This document shows positions 24,369 through 35,656 of a DNA stretch of 64,000 nucleotides, piece by piece; the stretch's first letter is position 1; each line of letters opens with the position of its first letter. The DNA is from Callorhinchus milii (lineage: Eukaryota): positions 113,648,001 to 113,712,000 of the forward strand of contig NW_024704742.1 of NCBI RefSeq assembly GCF_018977255.1, written 5' to 3'. The notes below the pieces were generated by a model. It did no database searches. It saw only the letters and a program-made list of their open reading frames with translations, and was not told where the DNA came from. The position numbers and the translations under genes were made by a program.

Positions 24369-24803
24369 AACTTTAATTGTCTACCTGGCAAATAAATACT
24401 TCTCCGGTGTCTGTTCTGAAATTGTTCTTTGTATTTGTAAATGAATGTCCCTTTATTCTACAGTCTTGGTGCAAAAGTAATTTGTTTCACCATTTGCCAC
24501 CACGTAATTGATCAGTGATCACTATTCATTTCAAATGAGCATTAGAGCACTCTGGGGCGCCTCCCTGCATGAGGGGCGCTATATAAATGCATGTTGTTGT
24601 TGTAGCTGTAGCTCTTCATTGCATGAAACAACAATCAAATTTGTTCAAGACTTTCCACTGCATTCCTGGGAAGAGCCAATCTAAATATAACTAATTCGGA
24701 GCCCAGAATAGGATTTCTTGCTTAGAAAGATAACAGATATAGATATCCCAAATGCTGAAGAATGAAGTGTCATGTTCTTATCACTGATTGCAAACAGCTC
24801 GTA

Positions 24804-24883
24804 AGACCTTGACAGTTTTCAGACTTCTACTGAGACATGTTCATAGACCTCGACAGTTCTCAGATATCTACTGAGACATGTTC
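24804..24883. repeat. Tandem duplication, 41-bp period, two copies
   Basis: AGACCT(T/C)GACAGTT(T/C)TCAGA..TCTACTGAGACATGTTC occurs twice. Confidence 0.9.
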
Positions 24884-25092
24884 TGACTCAGGCAGCAGTG
24901 TGGACAAAAGGTATCAGGTCTCTGACTAGATCTGACTGCTTTTTCAAGTTTCTGCATTTCAATTTCAACCAGTATCACTTTATTATTCTCTTTGGTTTCT
25001 TTTACATCCTATAGCACCAGTAAACATAGGGAAGACAACACCGACCAATCTGTGCATCAGACGAATATCTATAAATCAGTGAATTTGTCTGT

Positions 25093-25116
25093 CACACACA
25101 CACACACACACACACA
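25093..25116. repeat. (CA)n microsatellite
   Basis: Direct reading. Confidence 0.9.
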
Positions 25117-25404
25117 AAGGTACCACACTACACCATCCTGTCTCCAACAATGCTGAAATCTAGCAGTTCCATCAACATCACTCTTTCTGGCAATGATTCT
25201 GATTGAGATCAGCTAAGTATTACAGTTTAGTACAGCCTCTGAACCTACACATCATGTAGGTTCAGAGGCTTGAGTTCATTCGACCAGATCAGTACTTGGA
25301 AAAAAAAACTTTTTGTTATTAATACCCTGACCATGTATCCTAGTAATGTGGCATCAAATTTGAGGACAAGTCAAACTTTCCTTTCGATAACTTTCAATAT
25401 TACT

Positions 25405-25657
25405 TTGAAATCCTGTCTGCCCGTTCAGGCGGACGTTAAAGGTGCTAAGGCATTATTTGAAAAGAGAAGGGAGATTCTCCTGGTTTGGTGGCCAACAATA
25501 CCCCAATAAAATTGGCCACACACTGCACGGCTGTTTGTGGGACTTTGCTGTGCGCAAAATAGCTGCCATGCTTGCCTACAAAATACTGTTACCTTGAAAC
25601 ACTTTGAGAACATCCTCCCAAAGTGAAAGGCGCTATATCAAATGTAAGGATTATTAT
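25405..25657 (+). mobile_element. Old SacSINE1-like SINE, 3' half
   Basis: GTCTGCCCGTTCAGGCGGACGTTAAAGG, Deu core and tail. Confidence 0.8.
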
Positions 25658-27088
25658 CTCGTTGTAATAGCGCTGTAAAACTTAAGTTAAATAAAAGTGA
25701 TTTTGAATGCGTGTCTCAGTATGTGTCTTGAGATTTTTTAAACTGGTTGGCTTGAAGGAGACAATGAGATTTTAAAATAAAAAGCACTATTTTCACTCAG
25801 TGCGGAATACATGAAGTAGAATCACAAGAAAGTCAGAAAATGAGTGAAACTACCTGAATCTGTTTCAGATAATGTGCAAGATAGAAGTCAAATATCAAAT
25901 ACATTACACAGATTGTGAGCATGCAAGAGAACACGGAATGAACGTACATGAGAGAAGAGTATTAGAGAGAAACTTACCATTGAGTCTAGTTTAATGTATT
26001 GACAGGTTAAGTAAACTAGTTTTTATTTTGAATTAAATGGAGACTTTTCTTTAATGCATCAGCTTGTGGATCATTGGCTAAAGCCATTTTTCTGGCTGGG
26101 CGAGAGTTTCCCCTGGTAGCAAAGGTTCTCAGTTTAATTTGTGTAACCAGTTTGCTGCAGAATGTTGTGAGAGGGGAAGGATAATGCCGGTTTTATCTGC
26201 GTCGTCAAGTTATTAATTCTTACTGACAGTTATGATTACCATGAAACATAAAGGATTAAAATATCTGATACTTTAAAATGCTTTTTTAAAAAAAATCCAT
26301 GCTTAATTAACTGCAGAGGAAAATGAAGGAAAGCAGAACAAAGCTGAACTGAAGCACAATTGAAGTTGTTGCTGCCATCTATAAAATCTGTTCCATGTAA
26401 AGTTAATTCTGGAACAAAATGTTCTTGTGCATTTAATTATATTGCAAAATGTTTGCTGATTCATACCATCTTGCATCCATAGTTTAAGTTAACACAGTTG
26501 CTACAAGCCTGAAGACCTTCTTCTTCGACTGTGCCTCTGGTAACCTCCTCACATCCAACTGGCTCGGCATCATTCTCCACCAATGTCAAGCACTCTGGAT
26601 TGCTCCCCTGCGTGAGGGGTGCTATATAATGTTGTTGTTGTTGAATCATTGACCAAAACAGAAGCCTTCACTCTGAAATGCTTTATTGATAATAAAATTG
26701 ATAAAAACAAATAAAACTCCTTGCATCCGATACAGTGCCTTTTACGTCAGGAGGATGTCTCAAACTGCTCGCAGGATGTACTGTAAAATGTACATTGTAC
26801 TTTGTAGGCAAATGCGACATGAAAGACGCTATATAAATGCAATCTTTGCTGACGTTGTAGTCAGTTTACAGAGCAGTTTATAACCTCCACAATTCCCTGC
26901 TATCAACTGACTCAATTTTCAAAGGAAAGATTTGTAAATAATGGATCCGGAATTCTGTTCAACACTGACCATCCACTGGGCCAGACGCCTCCTTTATCAC
27001 ACAATGGACAACAATGTTGCAATGCAAGTGCAAAAACAGTTTTAAAAAGTCATAAAGAAAGAATCCCAGTGGCTTGGAAAAGACTTAC

Positions 27089-27236
27089 CTGCCCTTATCT
27101 TGTGACAGATTTTCACAAGGAACTTTTGGAGCATCTGCGACTTGATCCCTTTGTTGTCGATGGCGTCGCTTCCGACTTGGTGCTACATCAACAGTCTCAT
27201 GTAGGCTGCTGTCCAGGGGATGACTTTCAGTTGGTG
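27089..27236 (-). CDS. 148-bp internal exon of an unidentified host gene (PTESHPLDSSLHETVDVAPSRKRRHRQQRDQVADAPKVPCENLSQDKG)
   Basis: Strong acceptor (ttctgtatttctttcacag), consensus donor CAG|GTAAGT, one frame fully open (phase 1 in, phase 2 out), and locally retained CpGs in non-repeat DNA. Confidence 0.7.
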
Positions 27237-27774
27237 CTGTGAAAGAAATACAGAAATGCTACAGATACTGTCTTAACCTGTATTCTTCATATCTTTAAGC
27301 CTGAGGGCCTGAAAAACTGATCTGAAAAAATCAGGGGAAAAAATAATACCTACATAGAGGCTGCTTGGCCACAGTAAATTGGTGACGCATGGATAATCTT
27401 AGAATGAGATTACTGCTCTGTACACTGATATTGTTAAAATCTAAAGCGGTGCAATTCCTCAGAGCACTTCCCTATATAAGCAAACTCTCCTCTCCCTGAT
27501 TACTTTACCCCTAATATTTGCACACAATAGAGGAAGACTCTCTTATAACTCCATGGTTTTGATCCATAAGCTCAGACCCTTGTGTTAAAACAAAGGATGA
27601 AATAATGGCTGCCTACTCGTCAATGCTAATGTCACTTCCTGTGTACCGTGTGCATGTGTACTGTGTTCAGAAGGTGCCACTGACCCTATTTCCTTGCAGA
27701 CCCGATATCCGCATCATTTCCAGAATGTAATGTGGATACTGCAGTGTTATGGTAAGTTTAGCATTCAGCTAAAG

Positions 27775-27955
27775 AAGAGGCACATGGGACCTCATTTAAT
27801 GTCACATTCGAAGAATGATGTCTCAAACAGTGCAATACTTCCCCGGTACTGCAATGGGGTGTCAGCCTAGACTATGAACTCAAGTCCCAATGTGCCGTTT
27901 GAACCTACGACCCTTTTGACCCAGAAGTGAGAATGCCTTGAACTGAGCCACAGCC
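27775..27955 (-). mobile_element. Old SacSINE1-like SINE, 5' half
   Basis: GTCAGCCTAGACT...GACCCAGAAGTGAGAATGC..AACTGAGCCACAG. Confidence 0.75.
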
Positions 27956-28174
27956 TTGAGGTTCTGGGACAGAGTGAATGAGAGGCAGTATAATCAGTGG
28001 CTCAGTGAGGAAATTAAAAAGAAGTACACAGAGCACAGAGTTCAGACTCAGCAAATCTGAATGAGAGAAGAGTATAACATCCCCTGATGGAAGCAAGTGA
28101 GCAATTTGGAGTACTGGGCATGGTTTTGGGAACTGAATTTGAGGAAGATTAACCCTAACCCTAACCCAAATAGT

Positions 28175-28866
28175 GGCGGATGTCCAGTGCATATTCAATA
28201 GATTAAAACCTGCAATTAAGAGGCTTAGCTGTGATGTGAGTTTGGGAAATCTTGGGTTATATTCCTTAGAGATGAGGAGGTTAGGGTGGGATGTTGTTGA
28301 ACTATTAAAAATAATGAGGGGAATTAACCAACTAGATATGGACAATTCTGCCCTCTGTTAGAAAAATCCAAACAAATGGACATACTGTACTGTTACATGG
28401 TTAGAAAGTGAGATCGGAAACATTCCTAGGGGCTGTGAAAATCTGGATTGCTGTGTCCCTGAAGGCTGTAGCAGCAGAACAACTGAAATTTATTTTTGGT
28501 CAGCCATGCAGTAACCCATCACCATACTTAAAGAGTATCTAATCCAAACTGAGATTACCATGCATCCCATCTACACATGGAAATCCTACAGGTAGATTGC
28601 TGGAATGCAATGAGCACTCTCTCCCTGGAAGGACACACCCTGCTTACCTAATTCCAGATAGTATTAGGCACAGGTTGGCAAGAGCCAAGGCTTGGAACAC
28701 CAGAGTGTGTGTTGGGTACTGCTGGAACGAGGATAGGTAATAACATTGGAATTAAGTGAAATAGAGAATAGGCACAGAAATGGAAATAAAAAAATCCGCA
28801 ATAATCTAATAATCTGTGGAACAGGTTGGATGGGCTGAACGGCTTCCTACTGTTTCTGTGTTCTTA
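28175..28866 (+). mobile_element. CR1-type LINE 3' end, interrupted by the 170-bp repeat
   Basis: LGLYSLEMRRLGWDVVELLKIMRGINQLD is the CR1 ORF2 C-terminal motif; tail GATGGGCTGAACGGCTTCCTACTGTTTCTGTGTTCTTA. Confidence 0.8.
28532..28712 (+). repeat. Unclassified ~170-bp repeat, copy 2 (nested in CR1)
   Basis: Aligns with 6094-6265. Confidence 0.8.
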
Positions 28867-30081
28867 ATGAGTAATTATAATTCTGCAGCAGAATACCACT
28901 TATAATGAAATTGTAAGGAATAAATGTTGAAATGCTCTGTACAGCGTGAATATTTGAGCACTTAATGAGAGGAAGCATATCTAGGGTAGATACTTTCAAC
29001 CCGGTGACAAAGAGTTATCTTTTAAAACTCTATCCTTACAGAAAAGTGAGAGAGTATATACTCTATTCCTTTTGGGACTCAGCTTGTTATTGATGCTATC
29101 AAGAGGGAATCATAACCTATAATTGACTCTGGTTAGAAGATACATAGAAGAATATTCTTGCATTTAAATTACTGTATTCTCAGCCACCCTCCTACCCTCT
29201 CTGGCCTCCACCCACCCTGATCCCAACCCTCTGTGATCCCAACCTCCCCACCCCACTCAGGGCCTAATCCCTGACTGTTCAGTGTTTTGGTATGACATCC
29301 TGATGTGAAAGGCGCTTTACAAATGTAATTTTGTATTGGATTGTATTCACTTGAGAAAATAGGAATTACTGGGATTAGAGAGGACTATTGCAATCCCTCT
29401 GACGTATCTCATATCACTATTATCTTTGTAGTCTTAAAGAAATCCAAGTTCCTGAGACCAAACTGTCTGCCATACAAGCCTATTTCTTTCACACACAACT
29501 CAAAAGCAACCCTATCATGGGTTTCATCTCATTTACTATATCTTATGGCAGCAGTCAGCATAGACACTCCCAGACTTTTAAAATCCTACTTGCTCTCTTC
29601 TTAACTACTTCTGCTCCCCCTCCCCACAATACAGAAATCATTGCATGCTGTGGGTTACTTGATTATGCCTGCCTGCATAATTTTGTCTGTGGATATCATA
29701 TCCATCTGAAACACACCCAGCCTTTGTTTGAAAGAGTTAATAAGCACAGCTTTGATTGTTTTCCTTAGATATCAAGAAAGCTCATTTCAGTTTAAAAACT
29801 GATGGATAGTTATTATTAGAACTGATGTATATTAGTGAATACTGTAAGGCTATTACAAGCATTACCTGCCACTGCATCAGGCTTAAATTGCTGGGAACAT
29901 TAGATGTAAATTAAGGCCAGGCGCCAGCAGTTCTGGGACCACATTTATACTACTAATCACTCTATTGTATAGCTGCAACTCGGAAATACTAAATTGTGAG
30001 TTAGTTACATGGGGATTCTACCATGATTTAATTCACTGAATGTTTGAACAATAGGATTCAGCATAAGAAAAGATTATTTTT

Positions 30082-30190
30082 ATAAGAACATAAGAAATGC
30101 TAAAAAGGCCAAGGTCCATCTGGTTCGCCTTCCACCTTCCTGGCGGTCGCATGCACATATGTCCCAAACTACCTATGTTCTACATCCCAT
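30082..30190 (-). mobile_element. CR1-type 3' tail
   Basis: ATAAGAACATAAGAA..CCAAGGTCCATCTGGTTCGCCTTCCACC; the reverse complement matches 57680-57755. Confidence 0.7.
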
Positions 30191-30591
30191 AACGTTATTT
30201 TAAAAATTCTTTGATACATCCAATTCTCACCAATGTACCTCAAAGAGCAACATTGCGCATCACCATCTTCATTGTAACCCTCGGGTTCTGTGGCATAATA
30301 GCTCTTTACTACAGTACATTTACCAATGCTTTAAAAATGTATTTTTTGCACTAAATTGGTGGAGCAGTTGGGAATATTTGTTTCTTTTAGGATTGATCAT
30401 GATTAAAATTTAAATCCTTTATCCTATGTACTATGTGTATGGTATAACTGCAATCTCTACTTTTAACTCATTTAAAATGTTCTTGCTGTTTGTTTATTCA
30501 AAGGTCTTCATTGTAATCTCGCTGCGTAAATTGTAAAACCTTCTCCAGTGGTTTAGATTATTATTGCAGCAATACAGGTTATTTGATTATA

Positions 30592-31003
30592 ACAGTGATC
30601 CTTCCATTTGATACAACACCTTATCATGTTGCCAAAATGTTGTCAAATCTCAAAAGTTCAGTGACTGTGTATTTAGGTGAACATGGCAGCCAATTTGTAT
30701 ACAGCAATGCCCAACAAACAGCAATGAAGTGAATGACCAATTTTATGTGGTGGATTGTTAGTCAGGACGATGGGATAAACTACCTTTTCTTTTCAAATAG
30801 TGCCATTGGATCTTTAACGTCCACCTGAGCAGACAGACAATAGCTTGGTTTAACATCTTGTCTGAAGGATGGCACCTCTGACAATGAAGCACTCTCACAG
30901 CATGTACTCCATGGTCTAGACTCTGATCTCAAAGTCCCGACACAGGATTTGAACCCACAACCTTCTGACTCTGAGGCGAGAGTACTACCAACTGAGTCAG
31001 GCT
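30592..31003 (-). mobile_element. Near-full old SacSINE1-like SINE
   Basis: Tail, Deu core and head (GAACCCACAACCTTCTGACTCTGAGGCGAGAGTACTACCAACTGAG). Confidence 0.88.
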
Positions 31004-31807
31004 GTCAGGCACATCTGGTCTGAGCCTTTTCCATCTGGATTTAGCCTAAGACCATTCTCTAAAAGTTTTAAGACCAAGCAAAACTTTGGAAAACTCTTAA
31101 ATTTGGAAGACAATTTCCCAATGTTTTTAAAATCAGTACTTAAAACCTGCAGAAAACAAATGTTCAAGATATTTTGCATGAACTTAAATATTAAGATAAC
31201 GGTGTTAAAAGGTGAAATTCTGGGTCTCTTGTTTTGAGAGATTTTCTGAAATTATGCACTTAAACTTTCTTTCTCTCCCCGTGGGAAAAAGTAAACAAAA
31301 AGGAGCTGTAAAATTTTCCAACTCTGATTAAAAGCATCCTGTTTTCTCAATCTGGATACTGGACTCCCAAAGCTGCCTCACACTGTCTTCCATTCTGATG
31401 AGTTTCATGAGATTTTGGTCAAGATCCTACCTGTGTGTTCTAAATAGGCTGAACAGTGACAAGTAGCCAGATGTGGGAACAGAAGGAAACAAATGTAAAG
31501 TAAAACTAGAAAAATCAACAGCATTAAGCAAATCTCTGCAAGCAGTATTGATAGAAAAGGAAAAAAAAATGGGAAATCATTCAGAAAACCCAAGAAAAGG
31601 GGAGCAACAGTACTACAGAAACAGCGGCTACAAAATAAGAATACTTTGCAATTCACCCAAAACTTATTTTTAAGTTCTGAATAACTTTTAACGAAAATAA
31701 CGATACAATCTGGACCACTTTTCAGACAATATACTTTTAAAACCAAAAAAAACATTTAGGGGAAAAAAAGGATTAAACATAACTTTCTAGTTTAACCATG
31801 CAAAGTG

Positions 31808-31900
31808 TGTGAGAAGACCCTCCTCTTCGACTGTGCTTTCGATCTCCCTGCTTCCCCCACTGCCCTCCACCCTCCCCGACCCCTAGCTCAGGTCCAAAAT
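31808..31900 (+). repeat. Local duplicate of the L2-in-L2 junction at 32237
   Basis: TGTGAGAAGACCCTCCTCTTCGACTGTGCTTTCGA.CTCCCTGCTTCCCCCACTGCCCTCCAC is shared. Confidence 0.85.
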
Positions 31901-32109
31901 CCCTTCAGTTACATTTCTCTTTTCTGGCTGTACAGAAGGAAGCCACCACTCACAAATGAAATACATAAGTTTTTATGTACATTTCACATTGGATTAAGTT
32001 TCCAGTTTAATATTTGTAAATTTATTGTAAGAATAAACTTCAAAAACATAAGCTTTCAAGATGCAATGGTGCACAGTGTAGTGTCATTCTGAAATCCAAC
32101 CCCGTGTTC

Positions 32110-32540
32110 AGTAACAATTTATATTTATATAGTGCTTATCGCGTTGGGAGGACATCTCAAAGCATTTTGCACAGCTGTCTGAGAGATCGATCTGGGGAGT
32201 CTAGCAAGCAGGGAGTTGGAATAATTGAGCTTGGATGTGAGAAGACCCTCCTCTTCGACTGTGCTTTCGACCTCCCTGCTTCCCCCACTGCCCTCCACTC
32301 TTCCCCACCCGACCCTCAGCTTGGGTCAAAAACTCTTGTCTGTCCAGCACCTTGGGACATCCTCCCGAAGTGAAAGGCACTTCACAAATGTAATTTTGTT
32401 GTTGTTCTTGTTGAAGGAGTGAATGAGGGTCTTGGCAACCTGGTGTAGAGGGGAGGCGGGCGATGTTGCGGAGGTGAGGGAAAGCCAAATGAGACCCGGA
32501 GGTAAAGTTGAAGGAGTTTAAATGAGAACTCCAACTAATC
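32110..32540. mobile_element. Minus-strand L2 fragment split by a plus-strand L2 tail (about 32242-32413)
   Basis: Minus strand reads AFPHLRNIARL...TLIHSF | TSKLNYSNSLLARLP, continuing across the insert; the insert ends in (TTG)n. Confidence 0.8.
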
Positions 32541-32597
32541 AAGCGTAACAATAGTGCTATAAGCACTGTCTGCCATGTCGTACATCCAACCAGTGTA

Positions 32598-32799
32598 TCA
32601 GTATCAATTTTGGATAAGACCTAGCAATAGATCTTATCCAAAAGAGATTTAATCTATACATGATGTACCTTAGAAACCTTTTTATGGTAATGAAGATACT
32701 TGATAAACACATCATTGCTAACTCCTGTTTAGCTGATTTAATTATCCAACTTGGAGTGTTCTATAAATCTCTCCTAAACAAATCTTATCATAAATACTG
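32598..32799. mobile_element. Degenerate ~200-bp palindromic MITE-like element
   Basis: TCAGTAT..GATAAGA versus TCTTATCATAAATACTGA; AGAGATTTA versus TAAATCTCT; internal hairpin at 32608-32643. Confidence 0.55.
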
Positions 32800-34074
32800 A
32801 ACAGCATTGTTCCATTAAACAAAGCTTTATAAGCATGCCATATATAGACTTAAAAATATAGCACCCTTAAGCAGCAAATGAAAAGTCACTTAGGATAAAC
32901 AGAAATTCACTGTACCAGCCAACTCCAATCTAGCACTCAAGTGACCCCGCACTTAATAAATGAACAGCTCTTAAGCCGCAGTGCATGAAACATGTACAAT
33001 GGTGGGTTTTGTTATCTTCAGAGCTGGGGAGATTTTATATTGTAGTGGTGCCCGTTTCAGAACAATGGAGAGACCCTTATCCTGGGGCTCTTTAGCTGGT
33101 TAGCATCTGGCTTTAATTGTATTGACTGTGAATTCTTTATTTTGTTTTGCTAAAGAGAATTATGTTGCAGTTAACCTTATGAAAATGGGTCAGTCCTGAA
33201 CATTTTACTCCTGATTTTTCTCCTTAAGTTAGTCTGTGAATAAATGGAACAACATTAAATAAGTTGCTATAGAAGTGTATCAAGTTACAGAAACTACAAT
33301 GTGTGAAGTTCTAAATTCTGAAAACTGGTCAATACCAAGGGAACTTCTAGTGTAAAACGTCATGCTAAATGTGAGGAATATTTTCCAACAGCTATAGTAT
33401 TGGGCATATGTATAAATACGGTGCGAATGTTATATGAAGTTGACAACATGTTAAAAATCATCAAGTGCAATTGGACATGTCCTTTTCTCAGTTCATTTAC
33501 CATAGCTTGAGTTCATTCTGAATGGAAGATTAATGGCCTGATGATGGAAATGTTTGCATGATAGTATTGTTCATTATACAAGTAGTCAGTTAAGAAAACC
33601 AACTATAACATAACCATTGCAGTTTTTTCAGAATTTGCTTATTATTTTTTAAAACATGTTTTATTTAAGTCTTTTATTTGCAGATCGAGGCAGTATTACA
33701 TCAAGCTGCAAATCATTTATTGATTTTGCAATCAATCTTTGGCCCATCATTTTTCTGTTGGTTGTTGGCATTTTGACAGCAAAAGTCCCGTCAGATTCCA
33801 TGAAATATGTCAGACTCACTTAGCCGTTGTGGGATTATGTATCTTCTCATGAAGGACATGGTACAGAATGAGGCCAGAGACACCTGGAGAGCTATATCAA
33901 ACCAAGGCAGCAATTTTCTTCTCAATTACTGTGAACATCAATGCAGCTCTGACTATTACCCCAGGGTCTCCAACTAACATACTCAGAAGAGCTCAAAAGC
34001 TGCATTGATATAGCAGAGTCCTTCACCCGCCCCCTTCATGGATGGCTCTTTTCATGTTACAGGAGAATAAATTT

Positions 34075-34426
34075 AATAATAAAATAATATTAAACCTTGC
34101 TTTTGATACAGTGTCTTTCATGTTGGGAAGACATCTTTTTAGAATTTATTGTAAAGTGTAGTGATTGTGTATTTTGAGACGTCTCAAAGATGTGATTTTC
34201 GGCACAATATCAAATGCAAGGATTATTATTATTTTATAGGCAAATGCGACAGCCAATTTGCACGCACCAATGTCCCACAAACAATAATGACATAAACGAC
34301 CAAATTTTCGCCACTGTGTGCAAATCGGCCGCTGCGTTCGGCTACAAATTACAGTTACTGCACTTTACAGTAATTCCCGTGACGATGTCCTCCTAACGTG
34401 ACAGGCACTAATATCAAATGCAAATA
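34075..34426. mobile_element. Cluster of nested and inverted Deu SINE fragments
   Basis: Minus fragment 34075-34310 is split by a + tail (~34174-34235), followed by a + fragment at 34311-34426. Confidence 0.7.
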
Positions 34427-35378
34427 TAGAGGAAAAAAAATGGATTGGAAAAAAATCAGGAACATCATGTGCAATAGGAGGAAGCGTCATTTCCTTGTAA
34501 ACAAATAAGTGGAAACAAGCTCAGCCAGGTCTACACATTAGCTGCATGCTATACAATGCACAGGAAGTCATTCAGACGAGGTAGCGGCTTTTTAGTAATG
34601 TTGTTTGCACAAATAATTTCCTCTTGTAGTACAGGGAAATAAAATTGAACATGAATACAGGCTAGTCCTCGTGTGTAATCCAAGATAGACTGGTCGGTGC
34701 CTCCTGCTTTCACAGTTCAGATCAGAAAGTGACAGGTTGTGGCTTGTTGCATCTCAATACAAAAGTATCCCGATACTAGCAAAGACCAGAGCAACTTTGA
34801 TCTGACTGCTCAGTGCCACCTCCTCATTTCACGGTTCAGATCAGAAAGTAACCAGACACAGTTTGGTGCCAGCGCCTGATTGAGATCGGGAAAATGGAAC
34901 CATAGAATCATCATAATAATAATCCTTACATTTAATATAGCGCCTCATCACGTCCTTGAGATGTCTCAAAGCACTTCACAGAATATATTATGGAGTGGAT
35001 TGACTGTGTATTTTGTGGGCGAATCATGAAAAGCTTAAAGCAAAGGAAGATATTAGGCACTTCAGCTTTTGGTCACCTTTTCTTCCCTTCCCACCATCTT
35101 CATTCCCCCACGCCCCACACACACAGCCCAGGTAGTTGTGTAAAGTGCTTTATCACGTCTCCCTGATGTGAAAGGCACGATATTAATGTAAAATGTATTT
35201 TATTGTATCTTTGATAATGTTAGGTCCCCTACTGGAGCAATGTGGTCTAATTCCATTCCTCTGATCTATCCGCATGCTATTTAATATTATTTTCCTCAAA
35301 TAGTTATCCAATTTGCTTTTAACTTCACTATAAAGGACTCATCTTTTGTGGTTAGGCATTCCACATTCTAACAATCTT

Positions 35379-35656
35379 AATAATAATAATAATAATCCTT
35401 GCATTTGATATAAAGCCTTATCACATCTTCTAGATGTCTCAAAGAGCTTCACAGAAAACACTGTAAAGTGAATTGACTATATTTGTGGGCGAAACGCGGC
35501 AGCCAATTGCGCACAGCAGTACCCCACAAACACTCATCGATTGAGTGACCAAATTGTTATTACTTTTTTTTCTTGAGGGATTATTATCAGGCGTGTGGAG
35601 TAAGGAAACTTGGCCAAGGTTTCCCACTGCTGGGAATCGAACCCAGGTCTCTCACT
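35379..35656 (-). mobile_element. Young tRNA-Deu SINE, slightly 5'-truncated
   Basis: Family match through the B box (GGGAATCGAACCC). Confidence 0.88.

Noticed and set aside
23995..24444. 149-aa ORF
   Set aside because: Chance read-through across a SINE and the Penelope-like palindrome.
24804..24883. CRISPR-like repeat
   Set aside because: Two adjacent copies with no spacer, in a eukaryotic context.
31405..31755. 116-aa hydrophobic ORF
   Set aside because: A by-product of A-rich low-complexity sequence.
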